The translations under genes were made by a program, and so were the position numbers. Under the pieces are notes generated by a model. That model was given only the letters and a program-made list of their open reading frames with translations. It had not been told where the DNA came from and searched no databases. A DNA stretch of 64,000 nucleotides from a virus (lineage: Duplodnaviria > Caudoviricetes), in IMG/VR virus record IMGVR_UViG_3300008107_000020, one strand, 5' to 3'. Of this stretch, positions 53,715 through 61,444 are shown in pieces (within the stretch, counting starts at the first letter, position 1; every line of letters begins with the position of its first letter).

Positions 53715-54179
53715 ATGTACGTTGATATAAGATATGAGTCAAGAGCCAACATAACCTTTCATAACATGGCTAAGGTTTCCATACGTGGTAACCAAAATTA
53801 CCTTGTTAAATGGTATTATAATGATGAGTTTTTTGGTGAAATGTTTTTAAACGGTGGAACCTGGGGAGCCTATCCGATGAATGAAATAGGGCATTGGAAA
53901 ATTGAATTTTGGCAAGAGGGTAGATTAGTCTACACTTACACCAACATGCTAGAAAAAAACAATATCTTAATATTGTTTGAAAATGACGGTAACGATTTTG
54001 GCGAATTTGCTAAAAAAGTTAAAGAATATTCAGATGACCTATCCGATAGATACGGTTGTAATACGTTTGTTTTTTTTAAAAATTCAGAATTATGTGATTT
54101 TAGTGAGCATAAAGGTATTCCATTAAGATTAAACGATGATATTAACAGTTTTAAAATTATTTATAACAAAAAATTATGA
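53715..54179 (+). CDS. Truncated paralog of the N-terminal ~150 aa of the Aah/TibC-like transferase at 30527
   Basis: By-eye alignment: F.N.A...I.G, Y.V, W, W.I, LV, Y(A/S)D.....GC shared in the same order and spacing. Confidence 0.55.
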   Translation: MYVDIRYESRANITFHNMAKVSIRGNQNYLVKWYYNDEFFGEMFLNGGTWGAYPMNEIGHWKIEFWQEGRLVYTYTNMLEKNNILILFENDGNDFGEFAKKVKEYSDDLSDRYGCNTFVFFKNSELCDFSEHKGIPLRLNDDINSFKIIYNKKL

Positions 54180-54844
54180 CGGATAATTTAATTAAAATAT
54201 ACGAAAAAGCCATCCCAAAAGAAGTTTGTGAGTTTATAATAAATGAGTTTGAAACTTCTAAAAATCAAATGGAAGGTATTAGTGGGGCTGGTGTAAATAA
54301 GTTGGTAAAATCCTCAACAGATTTGATGATCCATTTAAATTTAGACAACCCAAATTGGTTATACATTTATGATTACTTGAGAGAAAATTTATTAGGTAAT
54401 TTGGTTGATTACATTGAATGTAACAGTTTCATGACAATGACAGGTGGTTTTGCCACTAAAGCTTCTGCCGTTAGGACGGCCCAATCTTGTTACATGGCTG
54501 GTAGTAACGGCCAACCCCACATGCAAATGCAGAGGTACATTGACGACCAAGGTTATTACGCTTGGCACCACGAAAATGAGGGTGGAACAACATCAAAAAG
54601 GGAGTTGTTTTTTATCTACTATTTAAATGATGTTGATAGTGGTGGTGAGACCGAATTCAAGTTCAACCCACTTAAAGTCAACCCAGAAGTTGGTAAATTA
54701 GTTATAGCACCAGCTTTATGGACACATAAACATCGTGGTAACCCACCGCAAAATGGTCAGTATAAATATATCATCACTGGTTGGATTGAAAAAAAGGATG
54801 AACACTATATTTCTGAAGAATTTGAGGAAGATTACCTAATTTAA
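54176..54844 (+). CDS. 2OG-Fe(II) oxygenase (prolyl-4-hydroxylase-like)
   Basis: QRY...GYYAWHHE, IYYLNDVDSGGETEF, THKHRGNPP, KYIITGW. Confidence 0.88.
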   Translation: MTDNLIKIYEKAIPKEVCEFIINEFETSKNQMEGISGAGVNKLVKSSTDLMIHLNLDNPNWLYIYDYLRENLLGNLVDYIECNSFMTMTGGFATKASAVRTAQSCYMAGSNGQPHMQMQRYIDDQGYYAWHHENEGGTTSKRELFFIYYLNDVDSGGETEFKFNPLKVNPEVGKLVIAPALWTHKHRGNPPQNGQYKYIITGWIEKKDEHYISEEFEEDYLI

Positions 54845-54869
54845 CCGAAAATACAGATATTTATCTGAT

Positions 54870-55613
54870 ATGGACAATATTTTAAAAAGTTTTACTGTTC
54901 GACCTAGCTTATATTCAGATATTTGGGAAAACCCGTCATCTGATAATTTTAAGGAAATAAAACTTAAAAAAGAGATTAGAGAACGTTTAATTGCGATAGC
55001 AAAAGATTTTATTGAAAGTTTTGGTATTGATAGTTTTGCTATTGAAGATATTTTGTTTGTTGGTAGTTTAGCTAATTACAATTGGTCAGAGTATTCTGAT
55101 ATTGATTTACACATTGTTGTAGATAAAAAAGCTGTTAACGATGATAATATTTTAGTTGATGAATTTTTTACGGCTAAAAAAGAGTTATATAACCTAAAAC
55201 ATGATATAAAAATCAAGGGGTTTGATGTTGAGTTATATGTCCAGGATGTTGAAGAGGTTTTGGATGCAGCCGATGGTATATATAGCATACTTTATAGTAA
55301 ATGGAGAAAAGAACCCAGTAAACAAAAACCAGAGATAAATAAAAAAGATATTGTTAAAAAGGTAAAAGAATTTGATAAAAAATTAAACGACATCGCCAAT
55401 GAAAAAGATGCGGATGCTAAGATTTTAAAATTAAAAAAATTAAAAGAAAAGATTAGAGCATATAGAAAAAGCGGTTTAAACTCAACGGGTGAGTTCAGTA
55501 CTGAGAATTTGGTTTTTAAATATTTAAGAAGATCTGGGTATATGGATAAATTAGCTGATATGGGTATTGATGTCAAAGATGAATTTTTATCCCTAGAAAA
55601 TCTGGAATATTGA
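54870..55613 (+). CDS. Pol-beta superfamily nucleotidyltransferase
   Basis: GSLANYNWSEYSDIDLHI (GS...DxD) and third acid in DVELYVQD. Confidence 0.8.
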   Translation: MDNILKSFTVRPSLYSDIWENPSSDNFKEIKLKKEIRERLIAIAKDFIESFGIDSFAIEDILFVGSLANYNWSEYSDIDLHIVVDKKAVNDDNILVDEFFTAKKELYNLKHDIKIKGFDVELYVQDVEEVLDAADGIYSILYSKWRKEPSKQKPEINKKDIVKKVKEFDKKLNDIANEKDADAKILKLKKLKEKIRAYRKSGLNSTGEFSTENLVFKYLRRSGYMDKLADMGIDVKDEFLSLENLEY

Positions 55614-55633
55614 TATTTTCCTCTTTTTGCTTA

Positions 55634-55641
55634 TATTTATA
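55634..55641 (+). promoter_or_regulatory. Candidate late promoter TATTTATA
   Basis: 30 nt before the ATG at 55672. Confidence 0.55.
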
Positions 55642-55671
55642 AGAAGAATAATTATTTTAAATAACTAAGAT

Positions 55672-56618
55672 ATGAAACCAATAGGTTCTGAAAAAATAGA
55701 AAACGTAGACGATAAATTAGCTAGGATCTTAGAGATTGCTGGTATTAAAAAAGAATTGGTTACTGAAAGTGCGCCAGTTCTTGGTCATTTGTCTAATGTA
55801 TTACACGAAGCCGTAGCGGCTAACGGTACCGAATATGGTATTGTACAAGAAGAAAAACACGTTTACATTAAAACTAAAAATGAAAACGGTGAATATGATT
55901 ATTTAACAGGTGTTCAAAACATTCATGAGCATTCTTACAAATCATACGCTGATGCTTTAAAACACTTAAATATGATGTTTAGAGAAATTAACGAATCTGT
56001 TGATTTTAAAGAAAACATCGATGTTTTAAAAAAAAAAGTATAACTGAGCGTTATATCCTAAAACTTAAGAATACTGGTACCGCACCAGCAACCGATACAA
56101 CGGTTGATTCGGGCATTGATACCACAGCTGCACCATCGGAAGAACCTGCGGATTTAGCCACAGATTTCTCAACTGAAACACCAGCTGATACAGCTGTCGA
56201 TACAACTACAGACCCAGCATTAGATCCAGCCGCTGCAACCGCAGAAGAACCAGCTCAAGAAACTGGGGCTGAAAACACTGATGAACCAATTTTAAAAACG
56301 GTTCAAAAACTCACTGGTAAATTAACCCAAAAAATGAGAGATGGTTCTCAGGAATTAGAATCAAAAGATTATAAATACGTTGTTAATTCAATCTTATCTG
56401 CAATCGATATGACAAAGATAACAGAAGAAGATATGAATGATATGTTAAATAAACTTCAAAATAAAGATTCTGAAGATACAACAGAAGCCGAACCAACAGC
56501 TGAACCAGGTGCTGAAGAAATGGCACCAGAACAACCAGTTCAAGAACAACCAAAAGATTATTTAAGAAGAATACATAAATCAGTTGTGGACGAATTTCTA
56601 AATGAAATAAATAAATAA
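55672..56618 (+). CDS. Acidic putative internal head protein spanning a -1 frameshift at A10 (123-aa short form; ~315-aa long form)
   Basis: 0-frame ends TTA AAA AAA AAA GTA TAA. The -1 frame from 56037 (SITERYILKLKNTGTAPATD...) is open for 193 codons and runs through the listed 56334 ORF. Confidence 0.7.
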
Positions 56619-56620
56619 TA

Positions 56621-56648
56621 AAATCCCCGAAAGGGGATTTGTTTTTTT
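56621..56648 (+). terminator. Rho-independent terminator with GNRA loop
   Basis: AAATCCCC-GAAA-GGGGATTT then gttttttt. Confidence 0.85.
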
Positions 56649-56684
56649 AAAACGTTTTTACTATTATTGTACAAATAAGTTAAT

Positions 56685-57254
56685 ATGATAATAGGTGTTT
56701 TAGGAAAAAAACGTTCAGGTAAAGATACAACAGGTGATTACCTAGTCGCAAGTAAAAATTTTGTAAAATATAGTTTTGCTAACCCGATCAAACGTGGGGC
56801 TATGGAATTGTTTGGTTTTACGGAAGATCAGGTTTTTGGTGATGCTAAAGATGAGATTGACCCAACCTGGGGGATAACCCCAAGATTAGTGCTACAGATA
56901 ATGGGTACTGAGGTTTTTCAATACGACATGCCAAAATATATACCAGAATTACAAGTATTTGGTAGAAGTTTCTGGGTTAAGCGTTTTGAACAATGGTATA
57001 ACCAAAATAAAGATCTAGATGTTGTTATTTGCGATGTTAGATTTCAACACGAAGTTGATGCAATATTAAAGATGGGTGGTACGATATTGTCAGTGCAAAG
57101 ACCAAACCTAAGTACTGGTGATGAGCATGCATCTGAAAAAGAAATGGACTCTATTGTTGGTATTACAACCGAAATAATAAATGATCGTACTTTACATGAT
57201 TTGTACGATAAGATAGATAATTTGGTAAATGATTTACGAAAACCCCTTAGCTGA
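56685..57254 (+). CDS. Deoxynucleoside monophosphate kinase (T4 gp1-like)
   Basis: IIGVLGKKRSGKDT, SFANPIK, TPRLVLQIMGTE, VICDVRFQHE. Confidence 0.88.
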   Translation: MIIGVLGKKRSGKDTTGDYLVASKNFVKYSFANPIKRGAMELFGFTEDQVFGDAKDEIDPTWGITPRLVLQIMGTEVFQYDMPKYIPELQVFGRSFWVKRFEQWYNQNKDLDVVICDVRFQHEVDAILKMGGTILSVQRPNLSTGDEHASEKEMDSIVGITTEIINDRTLHDLYDKIDNLVNDLRKPLS

Positions 57255-57609
57255 AATATTATCAGTACATAAATTTAAAGTTGATACAGCTACAGCTGAA
57301 ATGTTATGCTACACCTTTAACAGGGAAATAAAGTGTGATAGAAAGATTAACATCGAGTTGTTTAGAAGATTTGCCAAATACAATCCTTTATACATTTTTA
57401 GTTGGGGTGGTATCATAAATTATGGGGTAAAAGATCAACCCGTACAATTAAATGGTGTTGAAATCGTTATCCAACCTGGAAAAGAGGAAGAGTTTATGGA
57501 TGAAAATTCTAATTTTATATTCTATGGTGGGGCAAATTCAGGTCTTCAGTGGTTAGATCAAGAAGATGGTTATGAGGGTGTTTACGGAACTTGTAGAATT
57601 AACTTTTAG
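57229..57609 (+). CDS. Hypothetical protein
   Basis: 126-aa ORF overlapping the kinase end. Confidence 0.55.
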   Translation: MIYENPLAEILSVHKFKVDTATAEMLCYTFNREIKCDRKINIELFRRFAKYNPLYIFSWGGIINYGVKDQPVQLNGVEIVIQPGKEEEFMDENSNFIFYGGANSGLQWLDQEDGYEGVYGTCRINF

Positions 57610-57877
57610 TTATTTTTAACCTAAGATTACCAGTACCCTTTATAACTCTATGCCAGTCATGTCTTGCTATTTTTAGTGAGACATTTTCTTTTAATGGAAT
57701 GGGTAATTGATTATCATATTGAAATTTCCAGTCAGTTGTGTTTAACACCTCAATAACACGATCTTCATTATCTCTATGCCACATAAGTTCAATGGGATCA
57801 ATCTTTTCGTCAAATTCTCTTATGACATAATTGTCACCAACCTCAATGTCTTTGTATGGTTTACCAGTATCCACCAA
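57599..57877 (-). CDS. Small cupin-like hypothetical protein
   Basis: WHRD.EDR and I....WHRVIKG His pattern of a cupin barrel. Confidence 0.5.
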   Translation of the reverse strand: MVDTGKPYKDIEVGDNYVIREFDEKIDPIELMWHRDNEDRVIEVLNTTDWKFQYDNQLPIPLKENVSLKIARHDWHRVIKGTGNLRLKITKS

Positions 57878-58823
57878 ATTTAGATTTTAAACCGAGTAAA
57901 CTAGCATATCTAGGTAATCTACATGACCAGTAGGATGCTTTAGTCCTATCTTTTTTATTCGCACAATCATGTCTAGAAGCAAACGCTTTACGTGCCGCTG
58001 GGTTATTTAATTTAACAGATAAACCAGTTGTATCACCAAAAGAAACTTTCTTAATACCACCACCTGGTTTTCTAACATAAACATAAAACTTTTTAGAACC
58101 ACCTCTTTTAGGTTTACCAAGCTCAACTTCCTTACCCTGATACTTTGCTTCAGCTATAAGTTCGTCTTCTGGCATATCTTCAGTAAATGGTAAATCCAAT
58201 GGAACCATCTGACCCTCAAATAAATCAAATCTACCTAAATCTGTGTTTTCAAATAACTTTGTGTCTAAAGCGGATAACCTAATTACCTTCTTTTCCCAAA
58301 GCTCCCTAGCTTCTTTAATTAGGAAAGCGTGTTTTTCACTACCAGGTCTATATTCATTTTCTAATAAAGGTATGCTATTACTCAAATGGTATTTTACGTC
58401 TTCAGAAACCAGATCTTTTAATATCCAAGAGTCAAAATTTTCCATTAATTTTTTTTCAATGGATAACTCAAAACACTCCTCACAAATAACCTCTGATTCA
58501 GAAATTAACGGTTCAAACTCTTTGTTTTCATACATATCATTAATAACTTCAAAAACAAAAGAAAGATCCTTATACTCTGGGTTAACAACAACATGATAAC
58601 AATCATCAGATTTTTCCATCATGGGTTTACCAAAATTATCTTTATTTTTTGAGATGTAAAACGCTGGGTTTTCAGCTTCCTCATGAATTGAGAACAATTC
58701 CGAAATCACATCAAGACTCAAACCCTCATCTTTGGGGGATGATAAAGTGTTATTTTTTGAACCTCTTTCATTCAAAATTTTAGCCATTTGGCTTTCGGTC
58801 ATTTTGTATATTTTTTTACCCAT
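57861..58823 (-). CDS. Hypothetical protein with acidic N-part and basic C-terminal domain (..VSFG..RKAFASRHDC..ASYWSC); candidate processed head protein
   Basis: TATTTATA 17 nt upstream; several L/I-x-E motifs; conserved-looking His/Cys C-terminal domain. Confidence 0.6.
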   Translation of the reverse strand: MGKKIYKMTESQMAKILNERGSKNNTLSSPKDEGLSLDVISELFSIHEEAENPAFYISKNKDNFGKPMMEKSDDCYHVVVNPEYKDLSFVFEVINDMYENKEFEPLISESEVICEECFELSIEKKLMENFDSWILKDLVSEDVKYHLSNSIPLLENEYRPGSEKHAFLIKEARELWEKKVIRLSALDTKLFENTDLGRFDLFEGQMVPLDLPFTEDMPEDELIAEAKYQGKEVELGKPKRGGSKKFYVYVRKPGGGIKKVSFGDTTGLSVKLNNPAARKAFASRHDCANKKDRTKASYWSCRLPRYASLLGLKSKFGGYW

Positions 58824-58840
58824 TACTAATGATATTATAA

Positions 58841-58848
58841 TATAAATA
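58841..58848 (-). promoter_or_regulatory. Candidate late promoter TATTTATA
   Basis: 17 nt before the ATG at 58823 on the - strand. Confidence 0.6.
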
Positions 58849-58853
58849 TCTCT

Positions 58854-59408
58854 TTAAATGAATAAATTCTTAAAATCATATACATTATTTGGTATTGGGC
58901 TTAAACGATCAAAACCGTAAAAAGCACTCATATTTGATTGTTCTCTTATTGTTTGATTATTAACTAACATCTTAGAGTGAAAACTATCAATTAATCTTGG
59001 TGTTGCGTAACCACACACAATAAACTCAGTATCACTAACTTTGCAAACAAAAATAGCTTTTTTATACATTGGTCTGTAAAAAATCGGAAACTCATTGTAA
59101 TTAAACATAATAACATCAACCCACTTTTCAAATGAGTTTCTTAATTGCTGTAAGGGTTCAACATTAACATTGTTGTAATCCATAATCGGATGTTTTATAC
59201 GTTTTGAAATCGCTGTTATTGCGCATGTTAACGTGAACATATCTTTGTATTTCTCATTATTTTTATTTAGTTTTGTTGTGTTGTGTTTGTGTTTAACAAC
59301 AGCCCTAATGTATGAAACGCAATTATGGATGTCCCTTTCATCCAACTTAATTCTACTGAATTTTTTTATGTGCGTATCGAACGCACCTTTAAATGTTATA
59401 ATGCTCAT
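58854..59408 (-). CDS. Hypothetical protein (start likely 59408, MSIITFK)
   Basis: ATG lies 4 nt after a TACTTTTG promoter motif; the longer start would overlap uvrD. Confidence 0.55.
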   Translation of the reverse strand: MSIITFKGAFDTHIKKFSRIKLDERDIHNCVSYIRAVVKHKHNTTKLNKNNEKYKDMFTLTCAITAISKRIKHPIMDYNNVNVEPLQQLRNSFEKWVDVIMFNYNEFPIFYRPMYKKAIFVCKVSDTEFIVCGYATPRLIDSFHSKMLVNNQTIREQSNMSAFYGFDRLSPIPNNVYDFKNLFI

Positions 59409-59412
59409 GACA

Positions 59413-59460
59413 CAAAAGTAAAAAAAAATTTGTTTATAACCAAATAAATTCCTAATTTTG
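59413..59460. promoter_or_regulatory. Divergent Bacteroidota-type promoters
   Basis: + strand: TTTG 59429-32, N20, TAATTTTG 59453-60. - strand: TTTG 59441-44, N20, TACTTTTG 59413-20. Confidence 0.72.
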
Positions 59461-59465
59461 TAAAC

Positions 59466-60863
59466 ATGAAAGGATATACTAAAGAACAACTTGAGTTTAT
59501 TGAGTTTAGCGGACCAGAATCCGTAATATTGTCAGCAACAGCTGGTAGTGGTAAAACCCATTCCACGGTGGGTAGGTTAAATCACCTATTGGATAACGGG
59601 GTTGACCCAAACAGAATAATCTTTTTCTCATTTACTAATGATGCTGTAAATGAATTAAGACACCGTATTAACAGTGATGTTAAGATTACAACCATACATA
59701 GTTTTACCAGTGGTACGTTGGCAAAACTAGGTAAGTTTAAACCCATTGTCACATTTTACGATTTTATAAATTGGTACCGTGATAAAAAGAAGCCGTCTTT
59801 TAAAGACCCAAGAAAAATAAGAGAGGAATATTACGCTACTATTGAAAGGTTTTATGAAGAGGGTGCCAGTATATCATCATCTTTTTCGGCATATAAACTA
59901 CAATTTTACGATGGTGTTAAATCACCAAAACCAAATTTTTATGACCACTACATTGCCTTTTTAAAGGAGACTAATAGCCGTGATTTCTCTGACATGTTAA
60001 TTGACACAGAAAAATTAACAAGAGACCCTAAACATAAAGAATTTTTTGACGGTATGTATGATTATATCTTTATTGATGAGTATCAAGATACATCGACACT
60101 CCAAATGAAAATCTTATCCGCAATTAACGCAAAACAATATTACCTTATTGGTGACAAGAACCAATCAATCTATGGTTTTTCTGGAGCTAATTGCGAAAAA
60201 ATTGAATCGTTGTTAAAACAAAAGAAAACTGTTGTTGAGTTAACCTTAACAAAAAACTTTAGGTCTCATAAAAAAATTGTTGAGAACGCAAACAAATTTA
60301 GCTCGTTAATGGCTATACCTGAATCGGAACATGAGGGTTTTGTTGATGAAAAATTCATAACAAAAAAGAGATTATTTGAGATGATGTTAGACGGTAAACC
60401 CTTAACCGTTCTTGTTAGAACAAACAATATTATCAAAGAGATTGAAAAGCAAGCTCTTAAGAAAAAAGTCCCAATGCGTTATTTTAACTACATAACAAAA
60501 ACGGATCTTGATAACATTAAAAAATCAAACATAACAGATAGCCTTAAAAAGAAATTAAATGATGTATTACCCTACTTCTTAAATAACCAAGACTTCATAG
60601 ATTTTATTGAATCTAATATCGACTCCGATGTATTTGTAACATCAATACATAAAAGTAAAGGTAGGGAATTCCCAAGATGTGTTGTTATTAATTCAGCCGA
60701 TCCAGATATGTTAATAAAACATGGTAGTTTAACACATAGTTTGGCAGAATATTCATTTATAACAGACGATGGTGATATTGATGAAGAAGGTAGAAACATA
60801 CATTATGTTGCGGTTACCAGACCAAAAGAAGAATTATACTTCATGATTTACGATGATTTGTAA
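59466..60863 (+). CDS. Compact UvrD/Rep/PcrA-like SF1 helicase
   Basis: ATAGSGKT, FSFTNDA, IDEYQDT, GDKNQSIYGF, NFRS, SIHKSKGREF, YVAVTR. Confidence 0.92.
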   Translation: MKGYTKEQLEFIEFSGPESVILSATAGSGKTHSTVGRLNHLLDNGVDPNRIIFFSFTNDAVNELRHRINSDVKITTIHSFTSGTLAKLGKFKPIVTFYDFINWYRDKKKPSFKDPRKIREEYYATIERFYEEGASISSSFSAYKLQFYDGVKSPKPNFYDHYIAFLKETNSRDFSDMLIDTEKLTRDPKHKEFFDGMYDYIFIDEYQDTSTLQMKILSAINAKQYYLIGDKNQSIYGFSGANCEKIESLLKQKKTVVELTLTKNFRSHKKIVENANKFSSLMAIPESEHEGFVDEKFITKKRLFEMMLDGKPLTVLVRTNNIIKEIEKQALKKKVPMRYFNYITKTDLDNIKKSNITDSLKKKLNDVLPYFLNNQDFIDFIESNIDSDVFVTSIHKSKGREFPRCVVINSADPDMLIKHGSLTHSLAEYSFITDDGDIDEEGRNIHYVAVTRPKEELYFMIYDDL

Positions 60864-60868
60864 AATAT

Positions 60869-60897
60869 AAAAAGCCACCGTAATAGGTGGCTTTTTT
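60869..60897. terminator. Bidirectional terminator
   Basis: AAAAAGCCACC-gtaata-GGTGGCTTTTT. Confidence 0.85.
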
Positions 60898-61007
60898 ATA
60901 GAGGTTGTTTAAATTTTTGACTTTACGTTACCATAAGTATTGGTTCAAGGGTAATCATAATTAACTCATAATTAACCCTTTACCTGAATTTGATTTTTTT
61001 TCTAAAG

Positions 61008-61169
61008 TTATCTTCTACCCTGTCCTCTATATGGTTTCTTGTAGTTTTTACTCTGTTTACCCTTACTTGTTTTATTCTTAGAATGGATACCCTTTCTATT
61101 CTTTTTGATTTTACGTCTAAACTCCTTAATACCTGATGAGGAAGTTTTCTTTTTACCTGGTGCTGCCAT
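61008..61169 (-). CDS. Small very basic protein, 53 aa (missing from the ORF track)
   Basis: MAAPGKKKTSSSGIKEFRRKIKKNRKGIHSKNKTSKGKQSKNYKKPYRGQGRR*; 21 K/R, one acidic residue; TATTTATT upstream on the - strand. Confidence 0.7.
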   Translation of the reverse strand: MAAPGKKKTSSSGIKEFRRKIKKNRKGIHSKNKTSKGKQSKNYKKPYRGQGRR

Positions 61170-61267
61170 AGTTAGTTTGTTTTAGTAGTTGTTTAGTTTT
61201 TTCAATAAATATATTGATAAAAATGAAAATTATCCTATAATCTTAAATATTTATTAAAAACAAACAT

Positions 61268-61426
61268 ATGATTATTTTTTACAATAGATTCGACAAAACA
61301 AAAGAGCCAATCGGCAGAACTAACAAACACGCTTCAAGGTTAGAGGCCGCAAAATTTTTTGCTGAAATTAAAAAAATGAGTCTTAAGGATTTTTTGAAAG
61401 TATTTACTGTTAGTATAATAAAATAA
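61268..61426 (+). CDS. Small hypothetical protein, 52 aa (missing from the ORF track)
   Basis: MIIFYNRFDKTKEPIGRTNKHASRLEAAKFFAEIKKMSLKDFLKVFTVSIIK*; TATTTATT 12 nt upstream. Confidence 0.6.
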   Translation: MIIFYNRFDKTKEPIGRTNKHASRLEAAKFFAEIKKMSLKDFLKVFTVSIIK

Positions 61427-61444
61427 AAAATCAAAAAAAGAATT

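Noticed and set aside
54176-54844. 2OG-Fe(II) oxygenase as a collagen prolyl hydroxylase for the fibre
   Set aside because: The repeat region has almost no proline. Another substrate (Asn/Asp, sugar or nucleotide) remains possible.
60947-60980. Imperfect hairpin AAGGGT...ACCCTT containing a repeated TCATAATTAA
   Set aside because: Short, AT-rich and bulged; at most a 3'-UTR element, and not supportable as a feature.
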